Origin: Octopus bimaculoides
Lineage: Eukaryota
Assembly (NCBI RefSeq): GCF_001194135.2
Contig: NC_068988.1
Coordinates: 38,869,278 to 38,933,277, forward strand
DNA: 64,000 nt
Direction of reading: 5' to 3'
The position numbers were made by a program, and so were the translations under genes. Each line of letters begins with the position of its first letter. The stretch's first letter is position 1. Positions 12,693 through 25,599 of the stretch are shown here, in pieces. Below the pieces are notes generated by a model, which worked only from the letters and a program-made list of their open reading frames with translations, had not been told where the DNA came from and made no database searches.

Positions 12693-12773
12693 ATATATAT
12701 GTGTTTGTATGTGTGTGTGTGTGTATATATGTGTGTGTGTGTGTGTATATATATGTGTGTGTGTGTGTATATA

Positions 12774-12804
<31 letters not shown>

Positions 12805-12845
12805 GTGTGTGTGTGTGTGTATATATATGTATGTATATATAAAAT
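12611..12845. repeat. Compound (TG)n/(TA)n microsatellite
   Basis: Direct reading; source of several spurious ORFs. Confidence 0.97.
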
Positions 12846-13220
12846 ACCAAACATCATCATGAGGTAAGAAAACAGAAATCTAATGGATACTAATTAATTT
12901 ATTAATTAATCAACATATTCACCTACAATTGTTTCATTTCACAAACAAAACTAAAATTACAAAACAGAATGTATAGACACGTCTTTACATTCTGAGGATC
13001 CCAAACGTTTCCTAATGGAATCCTTGTATTATCCTTTGTACACCCTGATGCGTTTCCGTATAAGTTATTTAAAATGCAAAATTACATATTTAAATATATT
13101 TTGTAATATGAATATTGTTTGTGAAATGAAACAATTGTAGGTGATATGCTGATTAATTAATAAATTAATTTGCACCCATTAGATCTCTCTGGTTTCTAAC
13201 CCGATAATAATGTTTGATGT
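12841..13220. mobile_element. Foldback/MITE-like element with about 100-bp imperfect inverted arms
   Basis: Core arms 12878-12947 and 13116-13184 are reverse complements with few mismatches; looser similarity extends about 35 bp further out. Confidence 0.75.
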
Positions 13221-13338
13221 TTTACAATATTTTATGTAATATAGTCATTGAAGAAATATCTCTTCAAAATATGAAATATTAAACCAGTGTATCATGGATT
13301 AATATACCAATAAAAGGTTTAAATATCCTCATTGTGAC

Positions 13339-13386
<48 letters not shown>

Positions 13387-13880
13387 CTTTATCTTATGAT
13401 ATTTACTTTGTATTATATTATACTNNNNNNNNNNNNNNNNNNNNNNNNNNNNNNNNNNNNNNNNNNNNNNNNNNNNNNNNNNNNNNNNNNNNNNNNNNNN
13501 NNNNNNNNNNNNNNNNNNNNNNNNNNNNNNNNNNNNNNNNNNNNNNNNNNNNNNNNNNNNNNNNNNNNNNNNNNNNNNNNNNNNNNNNNNNNNNNNNNNN
13601 NNNNNNNNNNNNNNNNNNNNNNNNNNNNNNNNNNNNNNNNNNNNNNNNNNNNNNNNNNNNNNNNNNNNNNNNNNNNNNNNNNNNNNNNNNNNNNNNNNNN
13701 NNNNNNNNNNNNNNNNNNNNNNNNNNNNNNNNNNNNNNNNNNNNNNNNNNNNNNNNNNNNNNNNNNNNNNNNNNNNNNNNNNNNNNNNNNNNNNNNNNNN
13801 NNNNNNNNNNNNNNNNNNNNNNNNNNNNNNNNNNNNNNNNNNNNNNNNNNNNNNNNNNNNNNNNNNNNNNNNNNNNNNNN

Positions 13881-13933
<53 letters not shown>

Positions 13934-14939
13934 TATATTTATTTTGCATTCATACAATACAAACCTATTTGTTTATAATTAGTTTAAAGATGTTTGGTGA
14001 TGGGGATATGTTTGTTGTTTTGGTTTTAGATAGTAATTTGTGAACAGTAGCATTGTTTCTTGTAGATTTCCAACAGTCGGCCAAAACATTAGTTCACTGC
14101 ATTTTTGATTGTGAGGTAGACAAGTGAATGTTTTTAATTTTGTATACAGCATTCAAAGAGCACCATTGTTTTTTGTTGATTTGTGTGTGTGTGTGAGTCA
14201 ATGTTTACATCCTTTACTGGTATATGATGGAGGGTGTAAAAATGTACATACAGACTTTTATAGATGTGTGTATGTGAGTTAATGTTTTATTTCCTTGCTG
14301 GCATGGGTTGGGCGAATTGTCACAATTCCATTCAGTTCATGTTCAAAATTAAAGCCATCCTGATGAGTTGGAGAACCACATCATTATTTTCGTGCATTCC
14401 ATTTAAGGTTTACATGGTTTCTATTGCTGGATGGTCTATCAAATAACACCCATGCATTTATTAATCAATATGAGACTATTAGAGAAGACGTCAGCTCAAG
14501 TTCTGTGTTGAGAAATTGAATCCCGAAACTTAGGGTTTACAGTTCCTGAAGTGATCTTCTTGACCAAACTGCTGTACTTGTGCTGAGATTGGGCTTCACT
14601 CAGCAGATCTCTGAATAAATGCATTCCATCCTTGACCATCCCTCCTTTCCTTTTTTTTTCTTCGACTTAGAGAAGGACTGACTGCCATATCCAATGTGTT
14701 CTTCCTGTTTGTAGTGATAGTGGTGATGGTGATGAAGCTATTCAGCAGCTACTTCCTTCTATTTTAGTTGGTGCTTGACATTCATTTTGTGTGTGTGTGC
14801 ATGTGGCATCTAATTGTCCTTCGGTTGGTGGTGGGGGACAATTGTTATTGTTTCTGAACTTAGCCCAACTATCTATGTCAATAACAAAGGTCTGACTTGC
14901 TTATGAAGTTAAAACTATTGTCACAACGCACTATTGTTA

Positions 14940-15490
14940 TTGTTACCACCATCTTCATAACTATCAGCTGCATCACTACTCCTTGACACTTATTACTACC
15001 ACCATCGGACCACCATCATCATCATCAACACCACCACCACCACCACCACCATTATTATCACCACCACCATCATCATCATCACCATCACCGTCATCACCAC
15101 CTCCACCACATCACCACCACCGTCATCACCACCTCCACCACCGTCATCACCACCTCCACCACATCACCACCACCATCACCATCATCACTACTATCAACAT
15201 CCTCACTGTCATCACCACCATGGATATCATATAAGCAGAACCAGTTGAGTGTTGTGCAAAAATACATTGTAGTCAACTGTGTCTCTTCACATTTTGAGTT
15301 AGATTCCTGCTGTGCTGTCTTTGTATTTTTGCCCTTCTGGGGGTTCCTAAAATAAATAACCAATTTGCTATACTTCTCTATCTGTGGCTTTGGGCCAATC
15401 TGAGAAATCATCATCATCATCATTATCACCACCCCCTCCAATACCACCACCACTATATAACCACCGCCATCATCATTACCATCACCATCA
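14940..15490. repeat. (ACC/ATC)n low-complexity block with an embedded degraded SINE
   Basis: Trinucleotide runs producing poly-Pro/His/Thr ORFs. Confidence 0.85.
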
Positions 15491-16492
15491 TGGTGATCGA
15501 TTGGCAAAACTGTTAGAGCTTCGCACCAAATATTTTGTAAAATTTGCTTTGGCTTTTTATATTCTCAGTTTAAATTTTGCCTGGGTCAACCTTTTTATCT
15601 TTTGGAGGTTTCCCAAAGTAAGTATTAGTCAACTACTGCGGTCAATATAATCAGCTGTTCCTTCCCCAAACTTCTGTCCTTGCATCTATGCTAGAAACAA
15701 TTACTATCCCCCCCCCCACTAATTCTTTCAGGTTTGAAACTGTTTCCTTGTGCATAATTAAAACAAAGTCATTATATTTGCATCCATATATTTAATGCAG
15801 GGAGCATTATTGTATTCTTGTACTAGCAGGCCCATTATGCAGGATCCTATTTCAGTTTCTTTGGTGACTGAGAATAGAAGGCACTTCTTCAGAATGAGTT
15901 GCCACAGGCTTAACCCTTAAGTATCACTGGTACTCATTTTCAGCTGAGTGGATTAAAGTGACATGAAATGAAGAGTTTTGCTCAAAGACACAATGTGTCA
16001 TCTGGCCTGGGAATTGAACCCATGACTTTTCCATGTAACTTTTGTCTTTGCATTATTAATTCTCTAAGCTAAATTATACAGATAACCAGTGATGTGTTGC
16101 GTTTATTTTTAAGCTTAACATTTCAGGCTTGGTTAAACTTTATTTGATTAGCTTTCCATCTTTAATAAAAATTGGCAAAAACTTTTATGGCATTTTAGCT
16201 TAGCCTCGACATGGTTAGATACAGCCCAGTGTTTCTGCCTGTTTGGTAAGAATCAGGTCTTATTTCTATCTATAGCTGGGTAGTTTATCTATACTTGGAT
16301 TTGAGACCTTGAATTTTAACTTCAGTAATTTTCCAACTCAGTATTTGAAGCCACTTAACACTTTAGCTCAGAGCAGTTGATGGCAGAATCTTAGATGTCA
16401 GACATAAATGTCTTTTGGTGTTTATTCTAGCTTTTTACATTTCCCTCTCACTGAAATAAAGTGCCAATACTAGTCATATACTGGACTTGATT

Positions 16493-16714
16493 TAACACTT
16501 TTGATACAAATCTGCCTGTGACTGCCCCTTGTTCTGTGTTATAAACTTCTTGTTTTTAAGTGATCTAAATTAAAACGTTATCGAAAATATATTGTTAATT
16601 TCTTCCAGACACCATCTTAATAACGACAAAGTTATTTTGCTAAATTCATCATTATTTTAAGCACCATTTAAAACAAAGGCATTGTATGTCTTCAGAAATA
16701 TAACAAAAGGATTG
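16493..16714. mobile_element. Degraded TTAA-flanked (piggyBac-like) MITE; related partial copy ~26871-27070
   Basis: ttaacacttttgatac ... ataacaaaaggattga ends resemble a decayed TTAACCCTT/AAGGGTTAA pair. Confidence 0.45.
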
Positions 16715-17484
16715 ACTGCTGGAGCTAGAGTTCTGAAGGAAATCAGAAGTTGCTTTGGTGCCAAGCTGCATTGGAGCATGCCCTTCCCTTCAACATCAGC
16801 AGCAGCAGCATCGAGACTGAAGAATATTTGGTTACATACCTACAAACACTTCAACTCACCCATTATTTTTGTTTTGAAATCCGGTGTCTAGTATTTAATT
16901 AATTAAACTTTTCTTTTAATTATCTGAAGTTTCTGCCATATTTAACTATGTACGGCACTTAGTTGATTAATCTTGGGTCAGTGGCAAAGTTTGAAATATT
17001 GATTAAACGTTGGTAAAATTTCAAACTCCACTACTGTAAACTATTGAAGCCTGAAGATCAATCAGCCATTACCATATCATTCTTTCTTCTATTTTATTTC
17101 TTTTTCTTTTAGTTTAATTAAGCCTTTTATTACTGTATTTCTAATAAGTAGACTTAAGTGTTTCACTTAGTTTCCTTTGAAATCAAGATTTCAGAAGATT
17201 TTTAATAAAATATAACTTTGTACACTAGTGGTTGTTTTTTGTTGTTTAACCCTATGTTAGTCCTCATAGAGCAGAAACAATGATCAGATGTTCAAGCCTT
17301 AACTAACCCATTTATTTTACTCTCTCAAAGATACTGTACTTGTGACTATATTATCCAATGCATTCTTCCTGTTTAGAGACAGTAGGGTGTCAATTGAAGG
17401 AAATTTTGCAGCTATTTCTAGCAATCTGAGCATCTGTATAGAGGGTCTTTAACTGCTTCATTTATATAATTTACTTTTTTATCA

Positions 17485-17858
17485 TTTACTTGTTTCAGTC
17501 ATTGGACTGTGTCCATGCTGGGGCACCACCTTGAAGAATATATAGTTGAACAGGTCAACCCCAATATATTTTCTTTTAGTAAGTCTGGTACTTACTTATT
17601 CTGTTGGGCTCTTGCTAGACTGCCAAGTTTGGGGGATGTAAACAAACCAACACTGGTTATCATGTAATAGTGGATACACACAACTATATTTGTATGACAG
17701 GCATCTACAGTTTCCATCTACCAAATTCAATTACATTATATTGGTCAATCTGGAGCTATAGTAGAAGACACTTGCCCAAGGTGCCATGCAGTGAGACTGA
17801 ACCCAAAACCATGTGGTTGTAAAGTGAGCTTCTTCACCACACAGCCGTGTCCATACCT
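17485..17858 (-). mobile_element. SINE family A
   Basis: gacacttgcccaaggtgccatgcagtgagactgaaccc core, plus tail. Confidence 0.85.
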
Positions 17859-18075
17859 ATAAAGCCATGCCTGTTGGTTCTATTTTGAATCTCACTGTAT
17901 CATTTATATTTCAATGAAATTTTGATCAGGATTTTAATTTCCAGATGACCTTTTTGTTATGGTAAATCTGTAGAATCTGGGTAGGAGGGGGGAAAGGGGG
18001 TAATAGCAATGGTCTACATCAATGCAAATAAGTGAGTACAAATAGTTTAAACTGTGGAATGAATTTTATCATGGG

Positions 18076-18219
18076 CACTAGTGTAGCTAGAGTGTGTGCT
18101 ACCCAAGGCAGCCCTTCATTTTTTTGCCCCTGGGCCCCCCACAAAAAATACATATTGCCTAAAGCAGACCCAAAAGTGGTGCCGCCTGGGGTGGATCATC
18201 CCATCTAGCTACACTAGTG
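18076..18219. mobile_element. hAT-type MITE, 144 bp
   Basis: Perfect 15-bp TIRs CACTAGTGTAGCTAG/CTAGCTACACTAGTG; 8-bp TSD ATCATGGG/ATCATAGG (7/8 match). Confidence 0.85.
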
Positions 18220-18239
18220 ATCATAGGAGGAAGAAGAGA

Positions 18240-18384
18240 GAAGTCTAGTGTTTTGGGCAGAACATTTTATCGGAAGAGTGCTCAACATGTCGGGCAGAGG
18301 TCCTTTGTCACTCAAGAAGGAAAACAATAATAATAAATAGAGAGAGAAAAAGGAAAGGAAGTTTCATAGAAGCAACGCTACAGG
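18240..18384 (+). other. Candidate non-coding first exon (5' boundary unknown)
   Basis: Unique purine-rich, CpG-retaining sequence ending at a strong donor AGG|GTAAGC. Confidence 0.3.
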
Positions 18385-18949
18385 GTAAGCCATACTGTAA
18401 GAGAAGTTGGTAGACTGGTATGTGATCATTTTGCTGGTATACTTTACTTTTTAACCTGTTATTCCTTTAATTGCAATGCATCATCCTCTTTAGTCTGCAT
18501 TTCCATGCAAGCATCAGTTAGATGGGTTTTAGACTTATTGCCCTTATCAATAGGTTAAAAACCAAGTCTTATTCATACAAATATATTAAGAATTTGTGCA
18601 ATATGTAAACTGCTTTTGTTTTGACATTTCTGTTTTTTTCTCTTTTTCTCTCTCTCTCCATTATGTTTACGGATTGGTTTTGAAAGATTCTTGATGTGAA
18701 ACCATGTGTTGAAACAGATATTGTTACATTTCGGGATGGTCTTTTTTTTTTTCTCTCTTTTTCCTCTTCCAAGTACGCTACACATGCACTATATATTCCT
18801 TCATCACTCATTTATTATTGTTCTTATTTTATTTTATGTCCATTCTCTGGAAATTTTTTGTCACACATCTGTGACCTCTTCAGCAGCCCTTTTCCATTTA
18901 TGTGTATCCTTTTGCTCCGCCTAGTCCATCATGGGCGATTATATAGTGC

Positions 18950-19275
18950 GCAGTTCCACTGTGTGGAACCTTGGGCAAGTGTCTTCTACTATAGCCTCGG
19001 GCCAACCAAAGCCTTGTGAGTGGATTTGGTTGATGGAAACTGAAAGAAGCCCGTTGTATATATGTTTGTGTGTGTGTGTCTGAGTTTGTCCCCTCACCAT
19101 CCCTTGACAACCAATGTTAGTGTGTTTACGTCCCTGTAACTTAGCAGTTCGGCAAAATAGACCCATAGAATAAGTATTAGGCTTAATAAAAATGAGTCCT
19201 GGGGTTGATTTCAACTAAAGGCAGTGCTCCAGCATGGCCACAGTTAAACAACTGAAACAAGTAAAAGAATAAAAA
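18950..19275 (+). mobile_element. SINE family A (head truncated)
   Basis: ccttgggcaagtgtcttctactatagcctcgggcc ... ctgaaacaagtaaaagaat. Confidence 0.88.
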
Positions 19276-19440
19276 ATTAATCCCAAAATATAACAATATT
19301 CTTTCTCTTCATTATACTGTTAAGGTATTAAGCATGTAATTTTGAAGAAAACCTCCAGACAGATTTTTCTGTATCATAAAGAAAATCAGATTCAAGGTGA
19401 AGGGACGCTAAAACACTTTGTTTTTTTCTTTTGTCTTCAG

Positions 19441-19699
19441 TTAATTTTTGTTGATGTAGGCATTTATCAGTCTCCTCAGATTTCAGACAACTATTATTGT
19501 TTGGTTCACTTAAGCTCTGATTGAACTGATGTATATGATAGGGCGTCCCGTCTGCAAATGTGCAGTTGTTTTATTTAACTGATGGAATTTGGCTACACTT
19601 TCCAGAAGGGCAAGTGACCACGTGAAAGCAGTTTTCTTTGTTGGTTTAACTAAAATAATAATTCATTCTTAATCGTTGGTGTGATGTCTGTCAGCACTG
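19441..19699 (+). other. Candidate exon: 5'UTR plus MSVST(G), phase 1
   Basis: Acceptor tttttttcttttgtcttcag, donor CTG|GTACGT, ATG at 19684; several short uORFs; unique CpG-retaining sequence. Confidence 0.35.
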
Positions 19700-21550
19700 G
19701 TACGTACTTGCTTCTGATGTGTAATGTATGAAAAGAGAGTGGACTGGAAGGAATGTCAAAGGTTATTTATCTTGATGCGGTCATTCCTTGACGGATGATT
19801 AATGATACGCAATAGAAACATCTGAATTATTAGTTGATAATGATGCACCTGTTTTAGCTATTCTTAAAACACTCTACCAAAAATCAATATTTCCTACTAT
19901 TTTCTGTTTTTGGAAGACTTGACAAGTTTTATTAATAATTTCAGTTTATGGTTGACTTAACTGATATAATTCAATAACTTCTGTAATCAATGAACAAAAC
20001 TGAAGTCTTTCTAATTAAAGTTTCACTCTGAGTGCTGTTTCTATATTCAGAAAGTAAGAGATGTAATAAATTATCTTAATAGTGAAATGTTTAGACGTGT
20101 TGGTATGTTGTCTCTTGTATTTTGCTCAGCTCTGCCTTACTTTCTCTCATGTTTGGCAAGTATTCTCCTTTGCTGTTATTTTCTTTCATTGAAGACATTA
20201 TACGGTGTTTAGTTTTTTTTTTTCTTTTCTTTTTTTCTGGCTTTTTCTGATTAAAAGTGTGCAAAATGAAACATTGAGTTCATATAAACTTGGAAATTTC
20301 AAAATGATTTTGGCACCCTATTCTGTAAAGGTTATAAATTGGCATAGAATTTTAATGTTAAAAATACTCTAAATTTAGTCGGCCATCACAATGAAGTAAT
20401 GAATTCTATACCACCACCTTTTGAAGAAATTCTTTCATGTAAAGTCTAATTGCTATTATGTACACACACACAATTTAAAAGGAACCTTCATTTCCCTCCA
20501 ACCAATATTTTCAACTACTTCTGTGGGAGAGAAAAAAGAAAAAAAACTCTATTCAAGTAATTGGCAGATATTCAGTCACTAACCTATCATTGATTTACAT
20601 ACTCGCACTTGTGATTTTTTTTATTTATTAGTGCAGTGGTGTTTTTCACTTTCTCAGGTTTTTTTTATACAGATATTTTTCTTCTTCTCCAGAATAATCT
20701 CAAATCGATGCTCAATAAAAGAATTTGACAAGATAACAAATTTCATGTAGACTTATACTTCCTGTTTCTAAGAGTTTAATTATTTAAATTTGACTGTAAG
20801 AAATTACCAAAGCAAGTATTCTAGCTCTGGAGTGAAAAACCAAATGTTGAACTGGTTGTGGTGATGGTGGTCATGGTTTCGGGAGAGTGTGTTTTTATAC
20901 TGTCTCCCTCTAAAAAAGGTTTAATAGAATTTCCATCAAGCATAGCTGTGTAGATAATAAGTTCACCTCCCAATCATATGGTTTCAGGTTCTATCCCTCT
21001 GCACAACACTTAAGACACATATTCTTTTCTGGCCACAGGTTACTTGGCAGCCTGACCAGCTCTAGCAGCACGAAAAAAGCACTTGATACACACTGCAAGG
21101 TGGTTGGTATTAAGAAAAGCATACTGCTGTAGAAACCAAAACTGACATGTAGCAAAATGCAGCCCACTGGATCCTGTTAAACTGTCCGACTTATATTATC
21201 GTGTAAAATGTACATTAAATGATGATTATGATGATGATGGTATTAATCAATGCCTTGTGAGTGACATCTAGTGGATGTAATTTATACAAAAGCTTGCTTG
21301 TTTTTGTGTGTATTTTGTTTTACTGGTGTAAACTTGTACCAAGTTGCTTCCCATTATGTTGCAAATCTATTTGATAAATATTGGTGAAATACAATAGGTG
21401 AATATATGTTTTTAGAAAAATTCCACCATGATGGTGCCCCAACATAGCTGTAATCCTGTGACTGAATGAAATAAAATGAATAAATAAGTATTACAATTAC
21501 TATATATTGCCCCCATTTCTCTCTCTCTCCCCCATCCAAGGAAGTTTCAG

Positions 21551-21613
21551 TTTGTTGCTGACCTATGTTAAGTCAAACTGAAGAATACAATATTTTTAAT
21601 GACTTGGACAAAG
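21551..21613 (+). CDS. Candidate exon encoding MLSQTEEYNIFNDLDK(G), phase 1
   Basis: Acceptor gtttcag, ATG at 21565, donor AAG|GTAAAA (alternative AAG|GTAATG at 21620 gives phase 2). Confidence 0.2.
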
Positions 21614-22437
21614 GTAAAAGGTAATGACCACAAACTTTTTTCATTGTTTTTGAGGCTAGTGAAAGCGAGGGAGGCAGTTGTCCTCACACTGGGGCTTCTT
21701 TGCTTAAAACAGAGAGCACATTTGGTTAAAGGCACACAATTAGCTGGTGGTGCTGTTAACCCAGGCCATGGTTTAAGACAACTACCCAAGAACAAAGACA
21801 ATCTCTCTCTTTCTGGCCAGTTTCCACCCTGCTTCTGTTTACCAGCATTCACTTAGGGTCTAGGTTGACCAAGGTACTGCATACTGGAACTGAACCAAAA
21901 ATTACTATGGCAAACTTGAACTCACTATTGCAAAGTAAACTTAATTCCCAACCATTCTGGGAGTAAAATAAGGAATCCTTGTAATCTAGCTTGGCCATAC
22001 CATCTTATTTTAAGACTTTCTATTATGTAGTCCTATATATTCTGTGTCCATTCTTTTTCTTAAGACTATATGATTTGAAGAAGCTTTGGCTGCTATTTCG
22101 TGCAGGCTGAGCAACTAGTCAGAGACTCCCAAATAACCCACTTAGATTTGAACTCTTGTAATCAAAGAAGAAAAGGAAGACATAAGCAATAAAGCAAATA
22201 GCTGTGTTAGTTATTTGTTGAATTGTTCTGACTGGGATATGTAATATTGCCTGGTCACTAGTTGGGATTGAACTGCGGTCGCTTTGGTTCACTCATCTAG
22301 CACCTTATGCTCTGCGGTTGTTGATTAGTCAAGAATATGTGTGGTATGTCATAGTAATAGTAGCTGGAGCTTTATCAGTAGTAGTAGTAGTAGTAGCTTC
22401 CTTATCTATTTTATTTGAAATTAGTACTGTGTATGTA

Positions 22438-22470
<33 letters not shown>

Positions 22471-23170
22471 TTGCTTGTGTCTTCTCTTTCTATCTGTATG
22501 TGCGACCTTTTCATTAGGTAATTGATATATCTCTTCTCATGAATGTAGAATTAACCACACAAGCATATTGTCTGGTTTGCAACACATTGCATCATCTAAG
22601 TAATGTTACGTTTCTATTTGTTTTTTCTTTTTTATCTATCTATATTTTTTATGCAGTTAGCTTCTGCTAGAATTATCATGATTTATGTTTCTGCTTTTGT
22701 AATTTGTCCTTGTCATGTCCCCTCATCCATTGCTTCTCTGGCAGCTAAAAGAAGCCATTATTATTATTATTATTTACATTTCTTTGCATAATTCTACATT
22801 TCATTCATCAGTCATGTTAGTAATTAAATTAAATACTTTCTATCTGTTATGGCTGAGTACATGCCATAACAACACACCTTAGATTTTTATCTGACCAGCA
22901 CTGTATCATTGTCAAACTCAGCATGTGGTTGTGTGTCTGTGCCAGCTGAAATATTTGGTGAGATGGTTGTTTTGCTTCCATTTGTTTAACAGAGTTTGTT
23001 TTTTACAGTTTAGCTTCTACTTCGGTTGCAAAATTTCTTTCCTGTCATGTTTAGGGTCATTCTGTTAACCATTTGTTTCTTTGAGGACCGAAGTCAGTTT
23101 GGTTTAACTGCTGTTATTAATAAACAATGTAAAAGGTTTCTGCCTTCTAAATGATCTGAAGCAGTGGCAG

Positions 23171-23216
<46 letters not shown>

Positions 23217-23227
23217 GATGGATATCA

Positions 23228-23274
<47 letters not shown>

Positions 23275-23314
23275 TATAGATAGATGTACAGCTAGATTGT
23301 TAGATGGGTATAGG

Positions 23315-23530
23315 TACAGGTGTGGCTATGTGGTCAAGTAGTTTCTCTATCATATGGTTTGAGGTTCAGCCCCACTGCATGGCAACTTGAGCACATATTA
23401 TCTACAGCTCTGTGGTGACCAAAGCCTTGTGAGTAGACTTCATAGAAAGGAAGTGAAAGAATCCTCTGTGTGTGTGTGTATGTATGTGTGTGTGAGTGTA
23501 TATATTTGTGGCTCCTTGTCTTGGTATGGC
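23315..23530 (+). mobile_element. SINE family A, partial
   Basis: gtggctatgtggtcaagtag...ggttcagccccactgcatggcaacttgagc...ccaaagccttgtgagt. Confidence 0.75.
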
Positions 23531-24108
23531 CTGATAATTGCGTTGTGTTGTGTTATTCATTTTAAATGGCAACAGGGAAATATTACTTTGCTTGGAAACA
23601 AGTGAAGGTTCACGATGAAAAGGGAATTCAGCTGTAGAAAATGTACCTCAATAGGCTCAAGTCTGCCTCATGTGAATGGGAAAATGTGGATAGTAAAGCA
23701 ACGATAATGATGATCGTGGTAGTGTATGTATATCATAGTGACAAAGATAAAGATCTTGTACATTTAAATGAACCTGGACAAATTCCTCTGAGCAATACCT
23801 TAGTGTGTATGCGTGTGTCTAATAAATGTATAGTAAAAAATTGCACCGAAGGACAACAAAAGAACACACTGTAAAAACACAAAGACATGGACCTGCTCAT
23901 CTCCATTCAGTTATTAACCAAAAATCTTCATAATTTCATGCCATTATCAATATGATTATTCAGTGTGGTGGTGTCATCAGCAAAACATTGCTAGAGTAAG
24001 TGAAAGGACATAAAGGAGTGTGATAAAACACAAACAAATGGTAAACAACAAAATAAGGACACAATATAATGGAAAACGACACTGGACACCATCATATATA
24101 TGAATATA

Positions 24109-24147
<39 letters not shown>

Positions 24148-24184
24148 GCCTTTCGGCTGAGATAGCATCATATTGCATGTTTCA

Positions 24185-24490
24185 CCATCATTGTTTAATG
24201 TCCATCTTCCATGCATGCATGGGTAGGAGCTGACCAGGTAGAAGACGACCCTAGGCTACTGTGTCTGTTTTGGTAGGGGTTTTATGGCTGGATGCCCTTC
24301 CTAACACAAACCACTTTGCAGAGTGGACTCAGTGCTTTTTATGTGGCCCTAGCACAGGTGAGGTTAGCTTTGGCATGATTTTTACAGTTAGATGCCCTTC
24401 CAAATGCCAACCACTTTACAGTGTGGACTGGATGCTTTTTTATGTAGCACTAATTCTGGCATGGTCACCAAGTAAGTTGCAAGACAAGGA
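24185..24490 (-). mobile_element. RTE 3'UTR-derived repeat with internal duplication
   Basis: ggatgcccttcctaac-like motif repeated; CAT tail. Confidence 0.75.
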
Positions 24491-25599
24491 ATTTTGAGAG
24501 GGGCAGGGAAATTTGAGGGGGGAAGTTGTTTTTTAGTTTACAAAAAGTGAAAGGATTCCACATACAAAGTTTATATTTGATGCTTGATTGTGATAAACTG
24601 AAGTGTAAAATTTTGTATTTTCTTAATTTTTACAAGAGAGTATATTTAAAATTGTGTTCAATTAGAAACCTTAAGGTTCATCTTATCAATATCAGTCATT
24701 GACCATAATTATACACAGACACACACACACTGATAAATGGTTTAAAAAGTTTACTTCATCATCATGAGAGTCTGACTTGAATGATATTTTGGGTAATGCA
24801 TTTTACCACAGTATCAGGTTGACTGAATTTTTGTGAATGAAATTAGATAGAAAGTAATTTTTGTGGAAGCCATTGGATGGGTTGTGACTGTAATTCAGGC
24901 ATCCAGCCTTGTCACATGCTATGTCATCTTGATTCAGCCTTAGGATTACATGGAGAGCACTCTGTTAGGGTTGATCATGGTTATCTTTGTCTGAAATTTC
25001 AGATCTTTCTATGTTGTAGAGCACGCTTATGTAACCCTTGTTGTCTGGTATGCCATGGCACACTGGTGTGCCATGAGATGATGCTAGGTGTGCCACAGTG
25101 TAAGCTGAATATAATTTTTCCCTTATACTTTTAGTTATAGTTTTAGTTCAGGTGTGTCATCTAATTTTGAAAAGAATATAAGTGCACTGCAAGTGAAGAG
25201 AGGTTGTAGAGAACTGGAAGACTCATCATTAAAGCCAGTGATGGCATTTAGTTACTTTTATACTTACTCCATATCATACTGTTTGTATATGATTGCCTGT
25301 TGGATTCAAAATGTTGGGGTTTCCCTATAACTGACAGATTATTGTTTACTACTCCTCATCAATCATTCCTGATGATCAAAATCATTATAACCGTTACCAT
25401 CCTGTATTTTTTTTTTATTCAGGTTTTGTGTCATACTATTTAATGTGCCTTTCTCTCTTAAGACAATAGGTATAATTTCAAAGAGATTTTGCTATTATTT
25501 CTAGCAGGTCATGATCTGTAATTTGGTAGCCCAGTGCTCAGGTCATTTGTTTAAATCTTCTTAAAGATTTAAACAATTTAAATCTTCTGTAAGATTAGT

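Noticed and set aside
12584-12867. CVCV/THTH ORFs
   Set aside because: Dinucleotide microsatellite translations.
12975-13010. Second hammerhead (CTGAGGA...AAAC)
   Set aside because: Stems I and II cannot form and the GAAA is missing.
13279-14043. Long ORFs in the track spanning N runs (also near 34.7, 38.2 and 45.8 kb)
   Set aside because: Open only because N codons are not stops.
16682-16891. 69-aa ORF with an apparent acceptor at 16695
   Set aside because: The start and acceptor fall inside the end of a decayed MITE; no donor or homology.
19450-19900. C/D box snoRNA cluster (several TGATG and CTGA motifs)
   Set aside because: C boxes are non-consensus, spacing is too short or too long, and terminal stems are missing.
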